Of a stretch of 20,000 nt of DNA, positions 1-8,562 are shown one piece after another. This stretch comes from an uncultured virus (IMG/VR IMGVR_UViG_3300020183_000048) (lineage: Duplodnaviria; Heunggongvirae; Uroviricota; Caudoviricetes): IMG/VR virus record IMGVR_UViG_3300020183_000048. One strand, given 5' to 3'. The position numbers and the translations under genes were made by a program. Numbering within the stretch: position 1 is the stretch's first letter; every line of letters begins with the position of its first letter. The notes below the pieces were generated by a model that made no database searches, was not told where the DNA came from, and saw only the letters and a program-made list of their open reading frames with translations.

Positions 1-1476
1 TCCTGGAGAAATAGGTGTTGTAGTTACAGACCCATTTCCAATTGGAGTTCCAAAACAAATGATATATTTTCTATTTCCAGCTGTTCCTGTCAATCTATAT
101 TTCAAAACTGGTCTTGAAATTGCAGTAGAAATAGAACCTTCAGAATTTAGAATATCTCTTCTCAATGAAGTCTGTGAATATTTTGAACCAAATCCTGTTG
201 TATCATCACCAGATCCAAAAGTAGAAACAATTTGTCTTACTGTATTTCCAATATCAGCCTGTGACAAATTAGTTTTTGAAGTATTATATAATATTTTAAG
301 ATAAATGCAAATTCTGACTACAAATGGATCTAAAATTGTTGGAAATACCGCACCAACAATATAAGCTCTTAATTTTTTAGTTATGGTATCTTTTACAGCA
401 GCAGATAATATATCACCAAACTTTGGTTGAATTGTAATGAATACTTTACCATACTGGGGAGGATTCAGAGTTTCACCACCAACAACTCTAAGAGCTTTAA
501 TATTTGGGTAAATACTCCTGATAATAGATTCGTAATCAGCAGCAGTTACAGCTCTGTCTTGACTGCTATAATATCTTGGTGCATTATATTTGATTGATTT
601 AATACTTTCAAATTCTGATCCATTAGAAGATGATGTTACTAAGGGAGTAACTTGAACACTTTTTGATGATACTACAGTTGGTTTAGTATTATAGATAGAT
701 GCAACCGAACCAACAAAAATAAAGTTTTTAATACTATTTGCTTTTGACCCGTTAGTAATCAAATAACGAATATCTATTTGCTCACCATTTTTTACTGCTC
801 TTCCAAGAATATCATCACCAAATATAATTTCATATTTTTGATCTTGAACTTCTTCTACGAAGAAAATCTTACTTGATGGCGTCAAATCAATAATTGTTTC
901 TGATCTAGTATGAGTAATTCCATTTACCTTCACAGATATTTGACTTGAATCAATTAAACTATTTGGTATTATAAATCTTTGATTTTCATCTTTTAAATCT
1001 ACAATGTATGATGTATCAAATAAATTTCCTTCATATAGTTCAATATTTTTAAAAGTTGCAGTATTATCTTTAATATTTGCTCTTTTGGTTTCTAGTAAAT
1101 TAAATTTATAAGTTTTGTTGTTTAAGACACTAGACAATACTGGACCCGCATCTATTTGAACGTAATCTCCAGTTACATCATTTACTGTAATATTAATCTT
1201 CATACATGCTGCAGTATAAGACTTTGGATTGTATCCAAGTCTATTTGCAAGTGCAACAACATTATCACGTATAACAGCCGTATCAATATTCAACTCATTT
1301 GCAACCATGTTGATGTTATAGGATTGCAAATGAGCATTATATGCTAAAAGATCCAATAGAACCGATATATTCGATCCTTCATAATCGAAAGAATTAAAAT
1401 CTGAATTGTTTCGTAAGTAATTCCGTAAAATGTACTTAATTTCTTTTGGATCTAACGGTGAAATTGGTGAAGACAT
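1..1476 (-). CDS. gp6: Baseplate wedge subunit gp6 (T4-like); 3' end runs off the window
   Basis: Not in the ORF track because it is truncated. Manual translation from ATG at 1476 gives MSSPISPLDPKEIKYILRNYLRNNSDFNSFDYEGSNISVLLDLLAYN, and later APRYYSSQDRAVTAADY and GGETLNPPQYGKVFI, all typical gp6 motifs. Directly follows gp25. Confidence 0.93.
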   Translation of the reverse strand, partial: MSSPISPLDPKEIKYILRNYLRNNSDFNSFDYEGSNISVLLDLLAYNAHLQSYNINMVANELNIDTAVIRDNVVALANRLGYNPKSYTAACMKINITVNDVTGDYVQIDAGPVLSSVLNNKTYKFNLLETKRANIKDNTATFKNIELYEGNLFDTSYIVDLKDENQRFIIPNSLIDSSQISVKVNGITHTRSETIIDLTPSSKIFFVEEVQDQKYEIIFGDDILGRAVKNGEQIDIRYLITNGSKANSIKNFIFVGSVASIYNTKPTVVSSKSVQVTPLVTSSSNGSEFESIKSIKYNAPRYYSSQDRAVTAADYESIIRSIYPNIKALRVVGGETLNPPQYGKVFITIQPKFGDILSAAVKDTITKKLRAYIVGAVFPTILDPFVVRICIYLKILYNTSKTNLSQADIGNTVRQIVSTFGSGDDTTGFGSKYSQTSLRRDILNSEGSISTAISRPVLKYRLTGTAGNRKYIICFGTPIGNGSVTTTPISPG

Positions 1477-1479
1477 CTT

Positions 1480-1896
1480 TTAACTTTCTCTTACTAGTAA
1501 ATACGATAATTTTTGTATTACTTCATTACCAACAATTGTATATTCAATGACTATTTCTATATCATTTAAATCATTATCACGAAGAATATCTATTGATGTT
1601 AAAGAAATTCTTGGTTCAAAAGCTTTTAAAATATTTTCTATTTCACTAATAACTGAATTTACTTCTGGATACTCAGTTTCAAACAATTGAGAAGTAATTC
1701 TAGTCCCAACAAATTTATTAAATGGTCTTTCATTAATCGCAATTGCAATTAAATTTCTAACAGAAGCTTTAATTGCATCTTCATTCTTTAGAACATTAAT
1801 GTCATTTGTGCTTGGATTACGTGTAAACGCGAAGCTAATATCCTTAAAACTTTTGGATACGTCTCCTAATTTAGTTTTGGCTGAATACCTTGGCAT
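1480..1896 (-). CDS. gp25: Baseplate wedge subunit gp25
   Basis: FKDISFAF..NPSTNDI..LKNEDAIKASVRNLI..ERPF..G..FEPRI pattern; adjacent to gp6. Confidence 0.93.
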   Translation of the reverse strand: MPRYSAKTKLGDVSKSFKDISFAFTRNPSTNDINVLKNEDAIKASVRNLIAIAINERPFNKFVGTRITSQLFETEYPEVNSVISEIENILKAFEPRISLTSIDILRDNDLNDIEIVIEYTIVGNEVIQKLSYLLVRES

Positions 1897-1943
1897 TTAA
1901 AAATTTACACTTTATCTAATATAGTATATATGTGAGTTTTTAA

Positions 1944-2132
1944 TCAGTGCCAACGTTCTACATAGTCATCAAAACCATTTTTTCCACCACAATGACGAGA
2001 ATATCTATCCTCTGGTGGTTGATTTTTTTGTTTTTTTTCTGATTCGGGGTAATAATCGGTTATTAATTTTGTGGTTCCCCACATTTCTTTCATGTAATTT
2101 ACATCTCTATCTGGATTTGGTTTGATTGCCAT
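1944..2132 (-). CDS. Small cyanophage-type hypothetical protein (62 aa)
   Basis: ORF with GGAG RBS upstream. The DR..YM.EMWGTT.L.TDY motif resembles small genes recalled near gp25 in cyanomyoviruses. Confidence 0.75.
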   Translation of the reverse strand: MAIKPNPDRDVNYMKEMWGTTKLITDYYPESEKKQKNQPPEDRYSRHCGGKNGFDDYVERWH

Positions 2133-2186
2133 CTGTTTTTCTCCAAAAAGGTTGAAACAGAACTTTTTACGGGGTTGCTATCCCGT
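2132..2186 (-). promoter_or_regulatory. Two-hairpin structured intergenic leader
   Basis: Minus strand ACGGG-ATAGCAAC-CCCGT (2186-2169), then TCTGTTT...AAACAGA (2161-2132) enclosing the GGAG RBS of the downstream gene. Confidence 0.45.
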
Positions 2187-2785
2187 TAATCTATATAAAA
2201 TCCTTTTCTCAAATAATCTTCATCTTCAATATATCTATACTCATCATCAATATCTACTTTTTCATCTTTCCATACTGGAAAAGCAACAGAATTTCCGTAT
2301 CTAAAGTCTGGATTTCTACGAAAATGAACCTCTATAAGTTTGTTACCAATAAATTCGCAGTTTATCCACTCATAATTTCTTTTTAAATTATCTAATATTG
2401 AAGGAAATTTTACATAACAGTTAATTTTTTCCCATTTTTTCCATCTATATAATGGTTCTTCTTCATCTTTTTCACCAACAACCACTAAGTCAGGGATTTT
2501 ATTTCTAAAATCAACACTCAAGTGTGCTCCTTCAAAGATTTCTGACCAAAATTCTGATGGGTGAAATCGATCTGTTGAACTATGAATCCATTCTATACGA
2601 GCAAAACGACTCATTCCAAGTAAATTTATGGATGGTCTAACTACATAGTACCCAGAATAAGGAACAGGCACCCCTGTTGGTCCACAGAGATGCCCTTGTC
2701 GTTTATTTAATATAAGTTTATTATAGACCCAGAGATCATCTGGATGAATAGCATTCCATTCGTCTTGTGGGTCTAAGTGATACAT
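2186..2785 (-). CDS. Hypothetical protein, possibly ATP-grasp-like (199 aa)
   Basis: Clean ORF. Motifs VVRP..NLLGM, FWSEIFEG.HLSVD and INCEF...LIEVHFR parallel ATP-grasp signatures (fold is inferred). Confidence 0.65.
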   Translation of the reverse strand: MYHLDPQDEWNAIHPDDLWVYNKLILNKRQGHLCGPTGVPVPYSGYYVVRPSINLLGMSRFARIEWIHSSTDRFHPSEFWSEIFEGAHLSVDFRNKIPDLVVVGEKDEEEPLYRWKKWEKINCYVKFPSILDNLKRNYEWINCEFIGNKLIEVHFRRNPDFRYGNSVAFPVWKDEKVDIDDEYRYIEDEDYLRKGFYID

Positions 2786-2788
2786 ATA

Positions 2789-2935
2789 CTATTTTCCTTG
2801 TCCGCGATACTTCTTACGCGCTTTATTACGACTGGTAGCAGCATATTTAGTTCCAAGACCTAATCCTTGACGAGATTTCTTAGGGGGACCAGGAATATAG
2901 TTGCTCTTAGTTAAAGATCCTTTAGATTTTGCCAT
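2789..2935 (-). CDS. Small Lys/Arg-rich protein (48 aa)
   Basis: Manual translation MAKSKGSLTKSNYIPGPPKKSRQGLGLGTKYAATSRNKARKKYRGQGK*; fills the gap; resembles small basic ORFs recalled beside gp5.4 in cyanomyoviruses. Confidence 0.8.
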   Translation of the reverse strand: MAKSKGSLTKSNYIPGPPKKSRQGLGLGTKYAATSRNKARKKYRGQGK

Positions 2936-2984
2936 ATTTAAACAGATTGAACTACGATAAGTATAACATGAAAGTAATTATAGG

Positions 2985-4067
2985 TCAAGGGAATGTTGAT
3001 CCTCTTGGTGTGTCATCAAATGTTGATAGGTTAACAATAACATTTTCTGTTGTTGGTTCAAATTCAAACGAACTGATTGATGTATCTTCTCTGGTGAATT
3101 CATCCAATCCATCAATCACAGAATTTTCAATTGTTGGAACTGGTTTTGGTTGTGATGGTTGAACAACAACAAGTGTTTCGGGAATTCTTGGTGGACAATA
3201 ATGTACTACTTCTGGATCTTCAACAGCTCCTGGATCAGTTGTACCAGGAGAAGGATTGGTTGATTTGGGAATGATCAATACAGGTGAACTGTAAATATTT
3301 GGTGGACCTGGTTCTGGTGCAGCTCCAGGAGAAATATATGGTAATTTATTAATTGTTTTTCCTGTTATAGTAATTGTTATTGGAACTGGAATACGTGGAT
3401 CACATTCTCTTGCTATATCATTATCTCCTGGATCTTCAACAGCTCCTGGATCAGTAGTACCAGGAGGCAAAATTGATATTGGAACTATTAATGTTGGGGG
3501 TGTATGTGTACCTGGCAAGCCTGGTTCTGGAATAATTCCACGTGGAATGTCTGGTAATTTATTTTTGGGAATTTTGGAAATTATACCACCACCTTCAGGA
3601 TCACTAGAAGCTCCAGGATCTTGTATTCCACTTGGAGGTACTTGTGCTTTGACTCCTTTTCCTGCACCAGATGCTAGTGCTAATGCTAATGCAAGAGCAC
3701 CAAATAATAATAAAAGTTTATTTGGACCAGCAGGAATAATAGCTGAAAATGGAAAGAAGCTAACAACATCACCAATTGACGCTAGTGGTCTTCCATCATA
3801 TAGGTGTCTTGGTGATGCAGTTACTACCATTCTAGGTAATGGTAAACAAGGAATACAACATCCTGGACCACAAGGACAACATGGTGGGTTGGGTGGAACA
3901 GGAGGAAATACATCACCAAAGTGAACAACTGGAATTGGAGTAAGATTTTTTCCTGCTGCTGGTCCTAAAACCAAAGGACTCCAATTACAACAAGGACCTA
4001 TAAAAGGACCAGCTGCAAAAGAACTTAAATCAACGATTTTAGCGGCAGGACCATTACCAAAAGGCAT
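2985..4067 (-). CDS. PAAR-like (gp5.4-type spike tip) protein with hydrophobic segment and Pro-rich repeat extension
   Basis: N-terminal ~120 aa has PAAKIVD, PVVHFGD and GRPLASIGD PAAR-like repeats. GGAGG RBS upstream; position upstream of gp25 fits T4-like synteny. Confidence 0.7.
   Translation of the reverse strand: MPFGNGPAAKIVDLSSFAAGPFIGPCCNWSPLVLGPAAGKNLTPIPVVHFGDVFPPVPPNPPCCPCGPGCCIPCLPLPRMVVTASPRHLYDGRPLASIGDVVSFFPFSAIIPAGPNKLLLLFGALALALALASGAGKGVKAQVPPSGIQDPGASSDPEGGGIISKIPKNKLPDIPRGIIPEPGLPGTHTPPTLIVPISILPPGTTDPGAVEDPGDNDIARECDPRIPVPITITITGKTINKLPYISPGAAPEPGPPNIYSSPVLIIPKSTNPSPGTTDPGAVEDPEVVHYCPPRIPETLVVVQPSQPKPVPTIENSVIDGLDEFTREDTSISSFEFEPTTENVIVNLSTFDDTPRGSTFP
3212..3466. repeat. 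39-bp intragenic direct repeat (3212-3250 and 3428-3466, one mismatch) encoding PGTTDPGAVEDP
   Basis: CTGGATCTTCAACAGCTCCTGGATCAGTWGTACCAGGAG occurs twice, 216 bp apart. A degenerate third unit (GIQDPGASSDP) lies near 3595-3630. Confidence 0.9.
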
Positions 4068-4077
4068 ATGTTACCTC

Positions 4078-6450
4078 CTATCCTAGAATCTTATATGGTG
4101 CAAATTGAACAACTGGCGCAAAATCAATATTTGGATGTAGTGTATTGTATTGTGATGAAGAAATTGCAGTTGTCCCGTATTGTGCTCTCACACAATCTAA
4201 AAATGCAGTGGAACTACGTTTTGCATAATAAATGATTTCAAATCCTTTGAAATCATATGTACGAACTTCACTGGAATTTGTTCTTTCTTTACCAGTCCAT
4301 CTGACATTTAGATCATATCGTGGAATAAGAATAAAACCATTCTCTAAAAATCCATATGTACTTTCAACATCAATACGTGTTGCGGATGTTGTAAGATTTT
4401 TTGTTAGATAAGTAAAAATCTTTACTTGTGTTTTTGGATTTGATTTTAATGAAGCTAATGCAGTAATATAATTACCCAGTGCAGTTAATTCATAAACTGC
4501 TTTTTGTTCGTATGCAAATTTATAATCAAACTTTTCTGTAATATAAGTATTGACTACACCAAACTCTTCGATATCAACACTTGTTGTTCGAATACCAGAA
4601 GTGGTAAACACTTTACCACCACCACCTTTTAGAAAATGTTTTGTACTTGATGGTGAAGTAGTTGAATGACCCAACCACCATTTATGTTCGTGACTAAAAA
4701 CACCTTCTGTAAATGAGTAAGATGGAGAATAACTAGTAGTACCGAACCCTCCTCCACCAGTTCCACCAGTTCCAGTATTAAGCACACAGGTTGCATTAAT
4801 GCCAGCGCCACTGAGGGATCCATTGGGAGCAACAATTTTAGAAATCAAATTATCGGAATCTAAATTAACTGTAAGTTGTTGTGGAAATGCAGTTGTATAG
4901 TTGTCCACCTGTAGAGTCTGCTCCCAGCTTGGATTCAATGAAGCTAGGATTGGCCTGTTTACACTGACAAATTTGGGAACACCATTTGCATAGGATCCAA
5001 GTGTTGCTGTTGGAGTACCACTTTTAACACCAGTACTGCTGCAACTGACTCCGCTGCCGCCGCTATACTCTGCATATCTGTTTGATGCTTCAATAAATGT
5101 ATTATCAATCCTACCATATGAATTTGTTGGAGATCTAGGAACTCTAGAATATTTTACCAATACTTGAAACTTCATATGCATTGGAATCTGAAACACATCA
5201 TCATCATCCTGTGCAATATCATCAGGAATAACATCAAATACATCGCAACGAGTTGGAACCATGTACATGGAATTGTTTAATGCTACAAGTGGAGGACTGA
5301 CAACTGATCCATCATACAATGCAGGTCTGGTTGTGAAATCAATTGTACTTGTATCTGCCTCTATATCATCATGAGTTTTCTTTCCTTGTCCGAGAACTTG
5401 TTCGTCGAAACGTTGCCATTGTGACTCCTCTAATGTTTGATTTTTAAGAATTGTTTTACCAATATCTGTTGTGAATAGTTTCTCACTTAAAACATTATCT
5501 GGAATATCACTAATGCGATTATTGAATGCTTGTTCATTTTCAATCTTACCAGGAACATACCCACCGACAATCTCTGGATCAATGGGTGATTGCAGTACTG
5601 CCATTGATACTTCAGTTTTTGTATTTCCAAAACCAGTTGCACTGATTTTCTGATCTGCTTTGCGTTCTGCCTTTGGTGTTATTCCAGGATCTTTGAATAG
5701 AAGGTCATATTTGAGTGATTTAAAATTTGTTTCTACAATACCAACAATTCCTACTCTATCTTTAATTCCTTTTCCTGCCTTCACATTGATAATCAATCCA
5801 GTTCTTACAGTATAATTCGTATCCTTTGCGAAGTTAGCTCCGCTGCCGCTAAGCTCAGCTATACACAATCTGGTCTGTGATGAATGGTAATAGTTAGCTA
5901 CCTTACTCACAGTCCAACCGTTGATGGTATCCCCAGGTTTCACCTGTAACATGCCAGTGAGTGGATTGGTATTATAAGAGAAGATTATCTTTTTATCCGT
6001 GGTGCCTGCTGTGTAGACATGGGTGTTCGGATTGATTGTACTATTGCCCTTATTAATTCCTCCATAATATGTCATGTTATCATAGGTGTAAGTATCCTGA
6101 TCAAATACACCATTTGTTCCCTGACCAATTATAGAAATGTCAATACGATCTACAGTCATCGACCAACGATAACGTTGTTCAAACTTAAAGTTTACTGTAC
6201 GAGTTGCAAAAGAATATGTAGTAATACCACCACCTCCACCTCCTCCAGTACCTTGAGATACAGTTGATTTAACATATTCTTGAGTTAGATTTTTATTCTC
6301 ATGGAATGTTTTGTCAAACGTTAATGTATTCTTATTACTTGGTAGTTCTAAAATTGCAAAAAAATAGTCACCATCACTCAACGTGGTATTTAAGTTACCA
6401 CTAATCGTGTTGAGTGAAAAATCTGTAGTGTGGTCAAGATATGTCGTCAT
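4078..6450 (-). CDS. Large virion structural protein, probably tail/baseplate-associated (790 aa)
   Basis: Long Thr/Gly/Ser-rich ORF with poly-Gly linkers. The C-terminal LT..LTTSATRIDVEST.GF...EIIYY....AFLDCVRAQYGTTA module resembles myovirus structural proteins. Lies in the baseplate cluster. Confidence 0.7.
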   Translation of the reverse strand: MTTYLDHTTDFSLNTISGNLNTTLSDGDYFFAILELPSNKNTLTFDKTFHENKNLTQEYVKSTVSQGTGGGGGGGITTYSFATRTVNFKFEQRYRWSMTVDRIDISIIGQGTNGVFDQDTYTYDNMTYYGGINKGNSTINPNTHVYTAGTTDKKIIFSYNTNPLTGMLQVKPGDTINGWTVSKVANYYHSSQTRLCIAELSGSGANFAKDTNYTVRTGLIINVKAGKGIKDRVGIVGIVETNFKSLKYDLLFKDPGITPKAERKADQKISATGFGNTKTEVSMAVLQSPIDPEIVGGYVPGKIENEQAFNNRISDIPDNVLSEKLFTTDIGKTILKNQTLEESQWQRFDEQVLGQGKKTHDDIEADTSTIDFTTRPALYDGSVVSPPLVALNNSMYMVPTRCDVFDVIPDDIAQDDDDVFQIPMHMKFQVLVKYSRVPRSPTNSYGRIDNTFIEASNRYAEYSGGSGVSCSSTGVKSGTPTATLGSYANGVPKFVSVNRPILASLNPSWEQTLQVDNYTTAFPQQLTVNLDSDNLISKIVAPNGSLSGAGINATCVLNTGTGGTGGGGFGTTSYSPSYSFTEGVFSHEHKWWLGHSTTSPSSTKHFLKGGGGKVFTTSGIRTTSVDIEEFGVVNTYITEKFDYKFAYEQKAVYELTALGNYITALASLKSNPKTQVKIFTYLTKNLTTSATRIDVESTYGFLENGFILIPRYDLNVRWTGKERTNSSEVRTYDFKGFEIIYYAKRSSTAFLDCVRAQYGTTAISSSQYNTLHPNIDFAPVVQFAPYKILG

Positions 6451-6845
6451 TTAGTTAAACATCCAATACAACAATGGTCGGGGTCAAAAATTATTTCGCG
6501 TGTGTCTGTATATATGTGATAGTAACAACAGTGTTGCCATCCGTCTTCTCTGGTTAACCCAACGCCTCGGATTCTTTCACCTTCGTAATAATCTCCAATT
6601 TTAAGTGGAAGATCATCTTTACACATAATCACATTACAATGACAGTATCCTTCTGGTAATAATACATCAGGTGTTGTCTCAGAAATTTCTGTCGGTTGTG
6701 TGTGCGGTTCTTCGTGATCGTGATTTTCGTGATCGTGATCTTCGTGATCGTGATATTCTAAGGTTTCTGTTTCGTCATGATGTTGATGATGTTGATGATG
6801 TTGATGATGTTGATGTTCTTCCACAGGTGAATTCTTTATAAACAC
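6447..6845 (-). CDS. His-rich/Cys-rich hypothetical protein (132 aa, GTG start)
   Basis: Stop overlaps the next start. (HQH)n and (DHE)n tracts followed by CHC..C, HCC and HCCIGC. Confidence 0.7.
   Translation of the reverse strand: MFIKNSPVEEHQHHQHHQHHQHHDETETLEYHDHEDHDHENHDHEEPHTQPTEISETTPDVLLPEGYCHCNVIMCKDDLPLKIGDYYEGERIRGVGLTREDGWQHCCYYHIYTDTREIIFDPDHCCIGCLTK
6715..6816. repeat. Short tandem repeats encoding His tracts
   Basis: (TGATGTTGA)n around 6778-6816 and repeated TCGTGATCGTGAT units around 6712-6754. Confidence 0.85.
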
Positions 6846-6852
6846 TCGAAGT

Positions 6853-6860
6853 TATTTAGT
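6853..6860 (-). promoter_or_regulatory. Putative T4-like late promoter (ACTAAATA)
   Basis: TAAATA core of the gp55-dependent late promoter, immediately upstream of the first gene of the structural block. Confidence 0.55.
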
Positions 6861-7012
6861 AAAAAAGTAGAGGCGATCGTAGTGGCCACAAAAAATTTTT
6901 TATATTTTGACGGAACCTCATCGGAGTTTCTCGGAGTCGAGTGTATACTTTTATAGATTAGACTTTTTGGCTTTTTTAAACCCGATCGCCCCGCGCCGCG
7001 CTCCGCTCGCTC

Positions 7013-7048
7013 AAAAAACCCCTGGCCCTCCCGATGGGTGGCCAGGGG
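7013..7048 (-). terminator. Rho-independent terminator closing the GC-rich array
   Basis: Minus strand CCCCTGGCC-N12-GGCCAGGGG-TTTTTT, 26 nt after the stop at 7075. Confidence 0.88.
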
Positions 7049-7074
7049 CGGTGTGGTAGGATCGGTGGAGCGAC

Positions 7075-7503
7075 TCAGGCGATCACCAGGCCATCGTGGA
7101 GCACGACCTTGTTCACGAACTGGCCGGTCATCGGTTGGCGACGGAGCAGGTAGCGGATCATGGAGCGGCGGGAGATGCCGGCATAGGTGTACTCGCCGCC
7201 CTTGAGAAAGTTCACGGTGCAGCGGCCGCGGAGCAGGTCACAGCAGATCTCGTCGGCGCAGTCGCTGTTGTCGTCGAAGCGGGTGATGGTGAGCATGGTA
7301 GCGAGTCGGTTGAAGAGTTGGCGTGCAGTGGGGATGGCGGTCTGCACTGCGGCTATGATACCACAGATCAGGACGACCGCAAGACCAGCGATCCGGCCAG
7401 TTACACGGCCGATCGTGGGGAGGGCATCAGTCAGGTGGTCGAGCACGGCGATCGCCATGTCGGCGTTGGCGTCTTGGAAGGTGGAGAGGCGAGTGGCGGT
7501 CAT
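7075..7503 (-). CDS. Hypothetical protein with hydrophobic helix and KTSC-like C-terminal domain (142 aa)
   Basis: Start reassigned to MTATR (7503) to avoid overlap with the 7520-7735 gene. IAGLAVVLICGIIAAV helix; C-terminal S.C...I..D.....V.F..GG.Y.Y.....GQFVN pattern. Confidence 0.6.
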   Translation of the reverse strand: MTATRLSTFQDANADMAIAVLDHLTDALPTIGRVTGRIAGLAVVLICGIIAAVQTAIPTARQLFNRLATMLTITRFDDNSDCADEICCDLLRGRCTVNFLKGGEYTYAGISRRSMIRYLLRRQPMTGQFVNKVVLHDGLVIA

Positions 7504-7519
7504 GATGTTTGTGGTTGAC

Positions 7520-7735
7520 TCAGATGGCCTTAGAGCACTTGTTACCAGAGCGGACCGACTCAGCACCAGGCACACTGCCGTGCTGGAAGGCGCCTTTGGG
7601 AGCAGCATTCGCCCAGGCACGCTGACCCGTGAATGCTTTCAGGCCACGCTTGGAAGGACGGAGCACGGTGTAGGTGATCTCACCACGGGCATCAGCGATA
7701 GCGAGGTCGAGACGGGAAGCGGTTGCAGCGATCAT
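7520..7735 (-). CDS. Small basic hypothetical protein (71 aa)
   Basis: ORF directly downstream of promoter P1. Confidence 0.7.
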   Translation of the reverse strand: MIAATASRLDLAIADARGEITYTVLRPSKRGLKAFTGQRAWANAAPKGAFQHGSVPGAESVRSGNKCSKAI

Positions 7736-7739
7736 GATC

Positions 7740-7788
7740 TGATGGCGGTTGATGTGGCTATTATACAGGGTCAGGGGTCATCATGCAA
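7740..7788 (-). promoter_or_regulatory. Cassette promoter P1
   Basis: TTGCAT-17 nt-TATAAT (-35 at 7788-7783, -10 at 7765-7760), followed by AGCCACATCAACC. Confidence 0.85.
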
Positions 7789-7969
7789 CCACCTCCAACC
7801 AGGCAACTGGCTTACCAGTGGTGAGACGCCACACGATCATAGGAGCACCGCCCTCGTCAACTGACCAATCGAAGGCGATGTCCCGAGCGGTGTCCAGATC
7901 GGGAGCGAACTCAGCACCGTGCTGATCGAAGGTGCCGAAGGACTTGGGCTGAATGGCGAAGGTCATCAC
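7781..7969 (-). CDS. Small hypothetical protein (62 aa)
   Basis: ORF between P2 and P1; stop codon overlaps the -35 of P1. Confidence 0.75.
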   Translation of the reverse strand: MMTFAIQPKSFGTFDQHGAEFAPDLDTARDIAFDWSVDEGGAPMIVWRLTTGKPVAWLEVVA

Positions 7970-7970
7970 G

Positions 7971-8037
7971 TGATGGCGGTTGATGTGGCTAGTATAAAGA
8001 CAAAGAAGGGGGCAAGGAGCCCCCTGTGGACAGTTCA
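7971..8037 (-). promoter_or_regulatory. Cassette promoter P2 with hairpin and palindrome half-site
   Basis: ACTGTCCAC (8034-8026), hairpin GGGGGC-TCCTT-GCCCCC, -10 TATACT (7996-7991). 21 bp identical to P1 (7971-7991 = 7740-7760). Confidence 0.8.
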
Positions 8038-8256
8038 GAGATCGGACAACATCTCATCCAGGGCGGCGGTGTCGATCTTGCCGTCCATCCAGCGGGCACC
8101 GTCGGGGGTCATCTGCCCGAACCGATGCTCCAGATACGGGATGAGAGCATCGTAGCGGTCAAACTTGCAGGCGAGCGCATAGTGGGGATAGTTGTTCTGC
8201 AACCACAGGGCGACGTTCCAGGTCTCCCAGTTTGCCCATCCGTTGTAGGTGGTCAT
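8035..8256 (-). CDS. Small phage hypothetical protein (73 aa)
   Basis: YNGWANWETWNVALWL motif, recalled from small phage proteins; AAGGA RBS. Confidence 0.85.
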   Translation of the reverse strand: MTTYNGWANWETWNVALWLQNNYPHYALACKFDRYDALIPYLEHRFGQMTPDGARWMDGKIDTAALDEMLSDL

Positions 8257-8269
8257 GGTTTGATCCTTT

Positions 8270-8338
8270 GGTTGATACGGCTATTATACAGGGTCAGGCA
8301 TCAGGATGGGGCACTGATGGACAGTGCCTCAACTGTCA
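8270..8338 (-). promoter_or_regulatory. Cassette promoter P3
   Basis: TGACAGTTGAGGCACTGTCCA palindrome, GGCACTG-N5-CAGTGCC hairpin, CCCTG-TATAAT-AGCC (-10 at 8288-8283). Confidence 0.8.
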
Positions 8339-8527
8339 GTACAGGATCTGGAGATCGTCTAGGATCACCCCATCCCTGCGAATCTCGGCGTAGACGAACT
8401 CGTCTGCCTTGATGGCAAGCAGACGCTGTGCCTCTGCCCAGGTCTCGCAGTCGATGGACTCCCAGGGGTCAGAGGGGACGAAGACGGTGAAGCGGCGTTC
8501 CATGAGCGAGGGGTTGAGGTTGTTCAT
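8336..8527 (-). CDS. Small hypothetical protein (63 aa, possibly leaderless)
   Basis: ATG is 6 nt after the -10 of P4; alternative start at MERR. Confidence 0.7.
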   Translation of the reverse strand: MNNLNPSLMERRFTVFVPSDPWESIDCETWAEAQRLLAIKADEFVYAEIRRDGVILDDLQILY

Positions 8528-8562
8528 GTGGCTATTATACAGGGTCGGGGGTCAGGGTGCAA
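8528..8562 (-). promoter_or_regulatory. Cassette promoter P4
   Basis: TTGCAC-17 nt-TATAAT (8562-8557; 8539-8534), then AGCCAC-ATG. Confidence 0.85.

Noticed and set aside
3212..3466. DGR template/variable repeat pair
   Set aside because: Both copies are in frame in one gene with a single synonymous mismatch; no reverse transcriptase.
7504..7620. N-terminal extension of the 181-aa ORF, and similar extensions at 12177, 12668, 15670, 15857 and 19858
   Set aside because: They overlap other genes or promoters; downstream ATGs fit coupling or RBS better.
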